DNA of 63,849 bases, the filler included, from Nanobdellota archaeon (GTDB lineage Archaea > Nanobdellota > Nanobdellia > Woesearchaeales > CAZZGN01): the NCBI GenBank assembly GCA_051819665.1. It is 3 parts of 3 records of this genome, joined end to end, with 100 filler letters (N's around TTAATTAATTAA, not from the genome) between each part and the next. Parts side by side here need not be neighbours in the genome. Positions count along the whole stretch, not along the records: positions 1 to 25,481 come from JBNJDG010000011.1; 2 more parts are not named here. One strand, given 5' to 3'. Positions 1 to 8,693 of the stretch are shown here, one piece after another; positions within the stretch are counted from its first letter, which is position 1, and each line of letters starts with the position of its first letter. The notes below the pieces were generated by a model. It was not told the DNA's origin and made no database searches. It saw only the letters and a list, made by a program, of their open reading frames with translations. The position numbers and the translations under genes were made by a program.

Positions 1-214
1 GAATCCCCGTGGGCCCATTCTTATTGTTTCTCGGTTTCATGTACAAAAGAGCTCAGGATGATAAGGACAAAGTCCTTATGTGGGGAATCCCCGTGGGCCC
101 ATTCTTATTGTTTCTTAGTTTTCTTAAAGAGTCCTGTATGCTACCTTGTGTAGCATGATAGTACACTAGATTGTAAGTGTGAAATACTTACGTGAGGAAT
201 CCCCGTGGGCACAT
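1..214 (+). repeat. Three copies of GAATCCCCGTGGGC(C/A)CAT (starts 1, 85, 197); copies 1 and 2 identical over 31 bp; core resembles a tRNA 3' end
   Basis: 1-31 equals 85-115 exactly; copies 2 and 3 are each preceded by an 8-bp hairpin (61-79, 173-191) plus GTG(G/A)G; the array may continue upstream of the window. Confidence 0.8.
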
Positions 215-319
215 AAATTATATCTATCTTCCAAAACTATCAATCAGAGACCATATAAACAGATATTATATATTCTTTTACAATAAAGTTTATAACCATT
301 CATTACCTGCCGGTAACAT

Positions 320-1168
320 ATGGGCAAAGATATAACGATCATGACAGAGAAAAACTTCAGCGATGCAGCCAGAACCAAAAATATTACCCCTGCTATAAGG
401 AATCTGGCAAAAAACTACAATGTGTCTTTCCCTGAAAGCTTCAAGTTCTACAAAGAGACCAAAGAAAGCTATTCCGAATTTTTAGAACCAGAAGACGCTT
501 CAATAGTGGCTCTCCAGAGCCTTGAGGACAGGATCATAAAAGAAACAACAGGTGTTGAGCAGAACTCTATAGAAACCAGGACGACTGAAGGAGAAGGCAT
601 CAATATCAAGAGGCATATCAACGACCCCGATAACGGAGACATCATCGAGGAAAACGATACCTACATAAAAGGCCCGAAGGGGATCAAGCAACTCCTTGAT
701 TTTTACGAAAGTCTCTCTGATAAGACCTCCCCTGAAGAACTGGCTGATTATACTGCCTGGTCTTATAATGTATTCCGGTTCGATAACCCCGAAGGAACAA
801 AGGCCAGATTCATGGATTACCTTACAAAAAAGCTTGACAATTACATCTCATGGAAAGAACAGGGCAAGAAGACCGATCTTGACCTTTCCAGAGAGATAAA
901 TGAAGAGATAGATCAAAGATCAAGGCATATCAGGACCATAAGCAGAAATGAAGAAACAGCGGCATTGGAACTGAAAAGCAGGGGATACAGGAACCTTTCC
1001 AGAGAAAACTTCTTCAACATGATCCTCGATGAATACAACGACAGAAAGGAAACTGACAAAGGAACCAAGGACAATAATGCAGCTCTGTACATCCTACAGA
1101 ACACTGATGTTATTGTAAACAGACGCCAAAGACCTAATGAGAACATATACAAAAACAAAGATTTTTAA
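320..1168 (+). CDS. hypothetical protein
   Basis: 282-aa ORF, TTTATAA box about 30 nt upstream; no recognisable motif. Confidence 0.6.
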   Translation: MGKDITIMTEKNFSDAARTKNITPAIRNLAKNYNVSFPESFKFYKETKESYSEFLEPEDASIVALQSLEDRIIKETTGVEQNSIETRTTEGEGINIKRHINDPDNGDIIEENDTYIKGPKGIKQLLDFYESLSDKTSPEELADYTAWSYNVFRFDNPEGTKARFMDYLTKKLDNYISWKEQGKKTDLDLSREINEEIDQRSRHIRTISRNEETAALELKSRGYRNLSRENFFNMILDEYNDRKETDKGTKDNNAALYILQNTDVIVNRRQRPNENIYKNKDF

Positions 1169-1194
1169 ATGATAAACATAAAGCTGAGATTGTA

Positions 1195-3339
1195 ATGGTC
1201 AACAGATTCAATACTTTTTCAGGCGTCTTCCTGCCCAGCACACTTGCCATCCTGGGAGCAGTGATGTATTACATTACCCCTTATGTACTGGGAGGGGTAG
1301 GTATCAGAGAGATGTTCCTGATTATACTCATAGCCCATCTTATTACCATTACAACAACCTTCTCTATCTCTGCCATCGCAACCAACACTAAAGTGAAGGA
1401 AGGTGGATTCTATTACCTCATATCAAGAAGCTTGGGAAAAGCTTTCGGTGGAAGCACAGGCATACTCCTCTATCTGGCCCAGACAATCTCGACAGCCTTC
1501 TATACTATAGCTTTTGCAAGAGCTATCGCCGGTATACTGGCAAGGTTCGATATAATTATCCCGGAGATGACCCTCGCTCTCATCGCTTTCACACTGGTCT
1601 TCCTGATAACCTTTAGAGGAGCAAAATCTGTAATAAGGATCCAATACATCATATTCTTCATCATCCTGCTCTCGCTCGTCTCGATATTCCTTGCTCCCGG
1701 AACCGGCGCGGCTGAAGGTGGTTCAGCCTCTCCGGGATTAGGGTTTTGGGTAGGCTTTGCGACATTCTTCCCGGCAGTCACAGGGATAAGCGCCGGCGTA
1801 GGTATGAGCGGGGACCTGAAGAACCCCAGGAAAAGTATAGTCAAAGGGACTTTCATCTCCATAATCTTCACTATGATCATATACCTCGCATTGGCCTTCA
1901 AAATGACCACTCTTGCATCCCCAGAAACATTATTCGTAGACAAGCATATAATAGAGAAGGCAGCCCTTATCCCGGCAATTGTCACTCTTGGTGTTGTCGT
2001 GGCAACATCCTCTTCAGCATTAAGTACTATGATGACTGCCCCGAGGACTTTGAGGGCGATGATAAAGGACAAGTTATTCAACAGGAAAGCGGACTTCCTC
2101 GGAAAGACCATCGGGAAAGATAAGACAGAACCAAGGGTGGCTTTGATATTCAGCGCACTCATTGGGTATGCGATAATACTCATGGGAAGCCTGGAAACAG
2201 TCTCGAAGATAGTCTCTATCTTCTTCCTTGCTGTCTACGGATGGGTCAACGGCTCAGCCTTCTTTGAAAAACTCTCTAAGAACCCGAGTTTCAGACCCTC
2301 TTTCAATCCACCTATACTCGTCTCCCTCCTCGGTATGCTCTCTTGTTATTTCGTGATGTTTCTCTTCAATCCCTTCATCATGATAAGCGTAGTCTTTATC
2401 CAGATCATGCTTTACAATTACCTGGCGATGAAAAAATCAAGAGGGAATATAGAAGGTGTCTGGTCAGGTGTATTGTTTGAGTTCCTGAGGAAAGCCCTTT
2501 CAAGAGCAGAAAAGAACGAAGAATCCAGTAAGAACTACAGGCCGACCATCCTCAGCTTCAGTACCCAGAAGAGGAACTGGAAGACCATGGGACACCTCCT
2601 TGGCTGGATAAGCAACAAGAAGTCGATAACAAAGCTCTATCACCTAATAAAAGGAGATATAAAGGAAAACCCTGACTCATGGAAAGAGAAACAGGATGAG
2701 TTCAAGAAGAAAGTTGAAGAGGAGAAACTTGAGATCTTCCCGAGAGTTATAATGACCAAGGATTATCTTGGTACAATAAGAGATCTCATGCAGAGCGAGA
2801 CAATAGGGAATCTCTCCCTCAATACGATAATGCTCGACTATTACTCGGATTTCAGGCTGAGCTCAATCGTCCCTGAAGCTGTAAACCTCGGGAAGAATGT
2901 TATTATCTTCCGTAACAACGAGGGCTTCAGCAATTACAGGACCATTGATGTCTGGTGGAACAGTGCCAGCAATGGAAATTTCATGGTCCTCCTCGCATAT
3001 CTTATCTCACAATCAAATAGATGGAAAGAAAACCAGCCTAAGATAAGAGTATTAAAAGCGAAAGAAGAGAATGATAAGAATGATAAGAAAGTGAAGAAGA
3101 TAATCGAGGAATCGAGGATAAAGAATGTAGAGCTGAAGATAATAAAGGAAAAGAAAACACTACCGGCTATTATCAATAAACATTCACAGGAAACAGACCT
3201 AGTAATAATGGGACTGCCTAAATTCCACGACCAGGAAGAGGGGAAAAAGATAATAACAAATATAAACCAGTACACAAACAATCTCAATGCATGCCTTATC
3301 GTAAGATCGTCAGACAAGATAGACCTGAGTGTGAGCTGA
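1195..3339 (+). CDS. cation-chloride cotransporter (SLC12/CCC)-like APC permease
   Basis: About 12 TM segments; GGFYYLISRSLG and FFPAVTGISAGVGMSGDLKNP motifs; soluble C-terminal domain with YRPTIL and IDVWW typical of SLC12. Confidence 0.85.
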   Translation: MVNRFNTFSGVFLPSTLAILGAVMYYITPYVLGGVGIREMFLIILIAHLITITTTFSISAIATNTKVKEGGFYYLISRSLGKAFGGSTGILLYLAQTISTAFYTIAFARAIAGILARFDIIIPEMTLALIAFTLVFLITFRGAKSVIRIQYIIFFIILLSLVSIFLAPGTGAAEGGSASPGLGFWVGFATFFPAVTGISAGVGMSGDLKNPRKSIVKGTFISIIFTMIIYLALAFKMTTLASPETLFVDKHIIEKAALIPAIVTLGVVVATSSSALSTMMTAPRTLRAMIKDKLFNRKADFLGKTIGKDKTEPRVALIFSALIGYAIILMGSLETVSKIVSIFFLAVYGWVNGSAFFEKLSKNPSFRPSFNPPILVSLLGMLSCYFVMFLFNPFIMISVVFIQIMLYNYLAMKKSRGNIEGVWSGVLFEFLRKALSRAEKNEESSKNYRPTILSFSTQKRNWKTMGHLLGWISNKKSITKLYHLIKGDIKENPDSWKEKQDEFKKKVEEEKLEIFPRVIMTKDYLGTIRDLMQSETIGNLSLNTIMLDYYSDFRLSSIVPEAVNLGKNVIIFRNNEGFSNYRTIDVWWNSASNGNFMVLLAYLISQSNRWKENQPKIRVLKAKEENDKNDKKVKKIIEESRIKNVELKIIKEKKTLPAIINKHSQETDLVIMGLPKFHDQEEGKKIITNINQYTNNLNACLIVRSSDKIDLSVS

Positions 3340-3340
3340 A

Positions 3341-3853
3341 ATGAAAGTTATAGGATACGGAAGCTTCCTTAACAGGAACTCATTCGAGAAGACCCTGCCC
3401 GGAAGGGAGGCGAAACAGGTCTGGGTAGAAGGATTCAGGAGAGTCTTCAATCTCATACCGTCAAGACTTAACCTTTATAAGGATGAGATAGACCAAACAC
3501 ATCGAACTGTCCTCAATACAGAGATAGCAGAGGGGAAGAGACTGAATGCTGTTGTTTTTGAAGTTGACGAAGATGAGTTCTCCCTCCTGAAGATAAGGGA
3601 GAGGAGCTACAATCCCAGGAAAATAAAATTTCTTGATTTCAAGACTGGTAAAGAAGAGGGGGAAGCTTATATGTTCATCGGGAAGAGCAAACTCTTCGGT
3701 GAAGAGATAATCAACAACTCCCTCCTCCCTATCACCCCTTATCTGAAAAAATGCAGGGACGGGGCCAGGACTCAAGGTGAGGATTTTTACGAGGCCTGGC
3801 TCGACAACACCTATCTCGGAGATGGAAGAACAGTCAGAGAGTATTTGAGTTAA
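3341..3853 (+). CDS. gamma-glutamylcyclotransferase (GGCT/ChaC-like) family protein
   Basis: N-terminal IGYGSF, G.RR.F and L..RE..Y motifs. Confidence 0.75.
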   Translation: MKVIGYGSFLNRNSFEKTLPGREAKQVWVEGFRRVFNLIPSRLNLYKDEIDQTHRTVLNTEIAEGKRLNAVVFEVDEDEFSLLKIRERSYNPRKIKFLDFKTGKEEGEAYMFIGKSKLFGEEIINNSLLPITPYLKKCRDGARTQGEDFYEAWLDNTYLGDGRTVREYLS

Positions 3854-3885
3854 ATTTATATATTATCCCGAAATCTGCTTACAAG

Positions 3886-5355
3886 ATGGAAGGCGACAAA
3901 CTTATCCAAGACAGACAAAACAAACTAGAAACTCTTAAAGAGAGAGGAGTGAATGTTTACCCTTACAGATACGATAAGAAGAATTATGCAAAAGACATCA
4001 CTGAAAAATACAAAGACCTAGAGAAAGAAGAGAAGACGGAAGATGATGTTTCTGTAGCCGGAAGGATCGTCCAGATGAGGAACATGGGAAAGATAGCCTT
4101 CCTGAACATAATGGATGCTACTGGTTCTGTACAGATTTTCCTCGAACAGAACACACTGGGGAAGGAGAACATAAAGATACTGAAGAAACTTGACCTGGGA
4201 GATTTCATAGGTGCCCAGGGCAAAGTCTTTAAGACGAAGACAGGAGAGGTGACAGTCTGGGCGGAAGATTTCAAATTCCTGACCAAGGGAATAAGACCTC
4301 TGCCTGAGAAATACCACGGACTGAAAGATCAGGAGTTGAGATACAGGAAAAGATACCTTGACCTTCTTGTCAACCCTGATGTAAAGGATGTCTTCAGGAA
4401 AAGGGCAAAGATATATGAGGGCATAAGGGAGTTCCTAAACGAGAAAGGCTTTGTCGAAGTGCAGACACCGATCCTCCAGCCCATCTACGGAGGAGGCATG
4501 GCCGAACCTTTCAAGACAAAGATCAATGCATGGAACATGGACATGTACCTCAGGATAGCTTATGAGATTTATCTTAAAAAACTTCTCGTGGGTGGATTTG
4601 AGAAGATCTACGATCTCAGTTACTGCTTCAGGAATGAGGGAGCAGACAAGACACACAACCCGGAATTCTCCATGATGGAGATCCAGTGGGCATACAAGGA
4701 TTACAATGATGCGATGAAACTCACTGAAGAGCTTTGGGAACATGTGGCAAAGAAGGTCAACGGCAGCACAAAGATAAAATACGGCGATAAAGAGATCGAC
4801 CTCAAAGCCCCATGGAAAAGGATGACCATGACTGAGGCGATTGAAGAGCTGGGGGGCATTGACATAGAAACTATGGATGACGAACAGCTCAAAGAGCTCG
4901 TGAAAGAGAAGAATGTCGAGATGAAGGGGAAATTCACGAGAGGAAAAGCGATCGCCGGCCTCTTTGAGGAGCTCTGTGAAGACAAGATCGAACAGCCGAC
5001 ACATATCATCGATCATCCGCAGGAGATTTGCCCCCTTGCAAAAGGATGCAGGGATAAACCCGGCTTTGCAGAAAGGAGCGAACCTTTCATAAACGGATGG
5101 GAGATTGGGAACATATACTCCGAATTGAACGACCCTAAAGTCCAGAGAGAACATTTCGAGAAACAACTCAAAGAGAGGGAAGGAGGAGATGATGAAGCAC
5201 ACCCAATGGATGAGGATTACCTTGAAGCCCTCGAATACGGCCTCCCTCCTAATGTAGGCATAGGTATAGGGGTAGACAGGATGATCATGCTCCTGACAGG
5301 AACCGATACGATAAGGGATGTCATACTCTTCCCAACGATGAAACCTAAAAAATGA
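3886..5355 (+). CDS. lysS: lysine--tRNA ligase, class II
   Basis: OB anticodon domain, RYRKRYLDL, motif 2 FRNEG..THNPEF, motif 3 GIGVDR, IRDVILFP. Confidence 0.97.
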   Translation: MEGDKLIQDRQNKLETLKERGVNVYPYRYDKKNYAKDITEKYKDLEKEEKTEDDVSVAGRIVQMRNMGKIAFLNIMDATGSVQIFLEQNTLGKENIKILKKLDLGDFIGAQGKVFKTKTGEVTVWAEDFKFLTKGIRPLPEKYHGLKDQELRYRKRYLDLLVNPDVKDVFRKRAKIYEGIREFLNEKGFVEVQTPILQPIYGGGMAEPFKTKINAWNMDMYLRIAYEIYLKKLLVGGFEKIYDLSYCFRNEGADKTHNPEFSMMEIQWAYKDYNDAMKLTEELWEHVAKKVNGSTKIKYGDKEIDLKAPWKRMTMTEAIEELGGIDIETMDDEQLKELVKEKNVEMKGKFTRGKAIAGLFEELCEDKIEQPTHIIDHPQEICPLAKGCRDKPGFAERSEPFINGWEIGNIYSELNDPKVQREHFEKQLKEREGGDDEAHPMDEDYLEALEYGLPPNVGIGIGVDRMIMLLTGTDTIRDVILFPTMKPKK

Positions 5356-6215
5356 TAGAGACAGCAAGAATAATAATAGCACTTTTTTATCTTCTTACTG
5401 GTTCTATCTCCGATCTGAAGACGAGAGAGGTGCTGGATTTCGCGAATTTCTCGCTAATCTCTATCGGTGTTGCTCTGAACCTCTTGTATGCAAGTGTATA
5501 TGAGAAATGGGCCATTGCACTTGAAAGCCTCCTCGGGCTGGGTATCTTCGTGGCTATTGCCTTCATCATGTATTACGCCGGACAGTGGGGCGGCGGAGAC
5601 AGCAAGATGCTCATGGGCCTCGGCGCTTTATTCGGGATGCCTTTTTCCTTCGATAAACTGCCTCTGCTGGTGGAATTCTTCATAAACACACTCATCGTCG
5701 GCGCTATCTATGGTCTTTTCTGGAGCCTTACTGTGGCCATAATGAACTGGAAGAAAGTATCCAGGAGATTCGCTAAGAACTCGGCTAAAGCGCACAGGAT
5801 AAAGATGTACATTATCTTTGGCTGCGGAGCCCTTCTCGCGGCTGCATTCATAGTAAAAGATAGCATGATCACTGTCTTCCTGGTAAGCATGACTTTCGTG
5901 GCCATTTTCAGTTTCTACATGTGGATCTTCGTGAAATCTGTGGAGAAAGAGATCATGTACAACCACATCGATGTTGACAAACTCACAGAAGGAGACTGGA
6001 TCGTCAATGATGTTAAGGTAGAGGGCGAATATATCACAGGCCCTAAAGAATTAGGGATTACAGGAGAAGCTATTGAGAAACTTAAGAAGTACAAGGAGAA
6101 GGGGAAGATAAAGAAAGTCCTCGTCAAGGAAGGCATCCCCTTTGTACCCAGCTTCCTCATTGCTTATATTGTGACTTTGATATTCCCTAACTATATCGCA
6201 ATCTTCTTCCTATGA
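5352..6215 (+). CDS. A24 prepilin/prearchaellin peptidase (FlaK/PibD-like)
   Basis: SISDLKTREV and GGGDSK aspartate motifs, multiple TMs, C-terminal GIPFVP. Confidence 0.88.
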   Translation: MIETARIIIALFYLLTGSISDLKTREVLDFANFSLISIGVALNLLYASVYEKWAIALESLLGLGIFVAIAFIMYYAGQWGGGDSKMLMGLGALFGMPFSFDKLPLLVEFFINTLIVGAIYGLFWSLTVAIMNWKKVSRRFAKNSAKAHRIKMYIIFGCGALLAAAFIVKDSMITVFLVSMTFVAIFSFYMWIFVKSVEKEIMYNHIDVDKLTEGDWIVNDVKVEGEYITGPKELGITGEAIEKLKKYKEKGKIKKVLVKEGIPFVPSFLIAYIVTLIFPNYIAIFFL

Positions 6216-6615
6216 TCCTCTCCTGCCTTTCTACAGAAGAGGAGATTATATGCATATAGGGATCTTTCAGACCATAGCCTTCAGCCTTCTCAAGGATCTT
6301 ATTCTCCCTATCACGATCCCTTATGTTTGTTCCCGAGAGCATCTTATAAAGAGCTATATCTCCTGCTGTAGATAACCTATCCTCAAGTAGCCTTATATTC
6401 CTCATATCATCAAACTTCAATAATCTCCCCCCTAGACCCTGGCCCTGTATCTCAAAAAGTACTTTCCAGTATAATTGGCGACCTTCTGTCTGCAGATAAC
6501 ACTCTTTTGGATCGAATATACCAGTAGCTATCCTGTAACCCTTTCTCTTGGAAAGCCCTTCCATGAGCTCTCCATCTATGCTGTCTATCCTTCTCCTCTC
6601 CTCTTCAAGTGACAT
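6187..6615 (-). CDS. chorismate mutase (AroQ/CM_2)-like protein with internal insertion
   Basis: LEEERRRIDSID..L...L..R, later R...A..IA.YK.....I.D..RE..IL and II..S...Q; start moved to ATG at 6615. Confidence 0.6.
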   Translation of the reverse strand: MSLEEERRRIDSIDGELMEGLSKRKGYRIATGIFDPKECYLQTEGRQLYWKVLFEIQGQGLGGRLLKFDDMRNIRLLEDRLSTAGDIALYKMLSGTNIRDRDRENKILEKAEGYGLKDPYMHIISSSVERQERIIGRRLRYS

Positions 6616-6706
6616 ATAATCCGGAAACCATAACAGATTTATATCTTTAACTACTGATAGGGAAAAGGACAAAATTTATTAACAAAACTTTGAGGCAGAC
6701 ATTGAT

Positions 6707-7405
6707 ATGAGAAAGATTATTGCAAGGATAAAAGATAACCTCGATAAGACCGAGGGAAGGAAGATAAAACAGAACTCTTACATATTCAGCTTCAGGAAAG
6801 GTGCATCAGCATCAAGGAAGCTGGATACAGACATAAAACAGCTCAAGGAGAAAGCATGGAGCCTTGAGATGGATGATAAGGATAAACACCTGAAGATACT
6901 GAACAAGGTCCACCTTATCGAAAAGATGCACTCAGAGGATACAAGGGAAGAGCTGAAGAAAGCCCTTGATGAACTCTCCATGCTCCTGCCTGAGAAAAAG
7001 GATGACTATTCTATCCCAAAGACGCTGCCTGTTCCGGGAGCCATAAAAGACGAGATGATCGCAGACCTCCAGGAGCTGAGAGAATGCTTCAACTACGGGC
7101 TTTATAGGAGCTCTATAATCCTCTGCGGAAGGATGCTCGAAGTTGCACTTCACAGGAAATACTATGAGATAACAGGAAAAGATATTCTTGAAACGAATCC
7201 GGGGATAGGCCTCGGCAAGCTAGTAGCAAAGCTCAACGAAAAGAAGGCCCTCTTCGAACCAGGCATAAACGAGCAGATCCACCTTATAAACAAGGTAAGG
7301 ATACACTCGGTCCATAAGAAAAAAGAAGTCTTCTCGACCACTAAGCATCACACATACGCGACTATACTCTACACGACGGAGATAATAAAAAAATTATTCT
7401 CCTGA
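6707..7405 (+). CDS. DUF4145/HEPN-like domain protein
   Basis: E...CF..G.YRSSIILCGR.LE helix and RxxxxH motif (RIHSVH). Confidence 0.65.
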   Translation: MRKIIARIKDNLDKTEGRKIKQNSYIFSFRKGASASRKLDTDIKQLKEKAWSLEMDDKDKHLKILNKVHLIEKMHSEDTREELKKALDELSMLLPEKKDDYSIPKTLPVPGAIKDEMIADLQELRECFNYGLYRSSIILCGRMLEVALHRKYYEITGKDILETNPGIGLGKLVAKLNEKKALFEPGINEQIHLINKVRIHSVHKKKEVFSTTKHHTYATILYTTEIIKKLFS

Positions 7406-8443
7406 TTTTTCCAGATGTATTGTCTGTGTGGGGAAAGCAAAGACAATACCTTCTTTCTCGAATCTCTTGACAAGATCGAGATTTATCTTCTGCTGGATGT
7501 CCATGTATTCCTGATAATCAGGCACATCAACATAATAGACAGTCTCATAATTAAAGCTGAAATCTCCGAATTCCTTGAAATGGGACCGGTCGAAAGTGGC
7601 CTTATCAGAAGCATTCTCGATTATCTCCTTGATCATGCCGGGTATCTTCTCAAGCTTCTTCGAAGGAGTTGAATATTCTACTCCTATCTTGAACACGATT
7701 CTCCTTTTCTCCATCTGTTTGAAATTGTTTATCCTTGCAGAAGTCAATTCTCTGTTAGACATCACCAATTCCTGTCCCTGCAGGGTCTTTATTCTTGTAC
7801 TCTTCAAGCCTATCTTGTCAACAACCCCCATATCAGAGCCGACTATGATGAAATCACCTTTCTTGAAAGGCTTATCCAGAAGGATCGAGAACGAACTGAA
7901 TATATCGCCGAGGATGTTCTGCAGGGCGAATGCGATAGCAATCCCGCCTATACCAAGGCCTGCTATCAGGGAGGTCACATTCACCCCTATATTAGAGAGG
8001 AATATCAGAACAAGAATGACCAGAAGGATTATCTTCACGATGACTGCAAATACACCTATGATTGATGAATCTCCCTCTTCTTCACTTCTCATCCTTGCTA
8101 TAGCACGCTTTGATTCATCTATGCCGACGAAAGACATCCTTATAAGATACAGAACCAGGACAGCCAAAGAGATGTAAGAGATCGTCTTGTCCATGACCGG
8201 CGTAAGTGTAAGATACCTTGAACCGAAATAAAGAGCAGCAACAAGCATTAAAGGCCAGGAAAGCTTCTTGATCATCTCTATGAGAATATCGTCGAACTCT
8301 GTGTCTGTCTTCTTGGCCAGTTTTTCCAGCCTCACCACAATATATCTCCTGAATATCGTCAGAAGAAGATAGACACCTACAAATATTCCTGCTGCAGTTA
8401 TAGCCTGATCTAATGTGTTCGATTGTAGGATCTCAGTTAACAT
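7394..8443 (-). CDS. mscS: small-conductance mechanosensitive channel
   Basis: GLGIGGIAIAFALQ, DKPF..GD.I, IGLKSTRI, FAFPTQT. Confidence 0.93.
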   Translation of the reverse strand: MLTEILQSNTLDQAITAAGIFVGVYLLLTIFRRYIVVRLEKLAKKTDTEFDDILIEMIKKLSWPLMLVAALYFGSRYLTLTPVMDKTISYISLAVLVLYLIRMSFVGIDESKRAIARMRSEEEGDSSIIGVFAVIVKIILLVILVLIFLSNIGVNVTSLIAGLGIGGIAIAFALQNILGDIFSSFSILLDKPFKKGDFIIVGSDMGVVDKIGLKSTRIKTLQGQELVMSNRELTSARINNFKQMEKRRIVFKIGVEYSTPSKKLEKIPGMIKEIIENASDKATFDRSHFKEFGDFSFNYETVYYVDVPDYQEYMDIQQKINLDLVKRFEKEGIVFAFPTQTIHLEKSGE

Positions 8444-8693
8444 AGAATTATGTTATAGGTTAGATTCATTTATATATTTTCTGAAAAATATAGGTGTGCA
8501 ATCAATTCGGTTTAGGTTAGAGAGTTATGACACCATAAGGAGACCCTGATTCTTTAAATTATGGCATTTTATTAATTTGACCCGAGCCTTTATTCCCAGA
8601 TGATTTATTTTCGAGAAAGCAAACCTTCTCCCAGCAAGTGAATCAATGAAAAACGACAAGACTTTCTTTAAGCATTGCAATACCTACATCAGT

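Noticed and set aside
140..190. Hammerhead ribozyme (TGATAG...stem...GAAA)
   Set aside because: Lacks the CUGANGA core and flanking stems I/III
1..214. CRISPR array
   Set aside because: Only three copies, unequal long structured spacers and no cas operon; kept as a different repeat type
3886..5355. Class II LysRS as bacterial contamination
   Set aside because: Class II LysRS occurs in several archaeal lineages, and the gene is coupled to an archaeal-type prepilin peptidase
4435..5382. Long antisense ORFs (also 1500-2183, 7575-8177, 43564-44211, 57228-58010 and others)
   Set aside because: Shadows of well-supported genes on the opposite strand, with no motifs
8491..8686. RNase P or SRP RNA
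   Set aside because: AAGAAAGTC resembles CR-I, but no matching P4 partner, P2/P3 or SRP helix-8 motif was found
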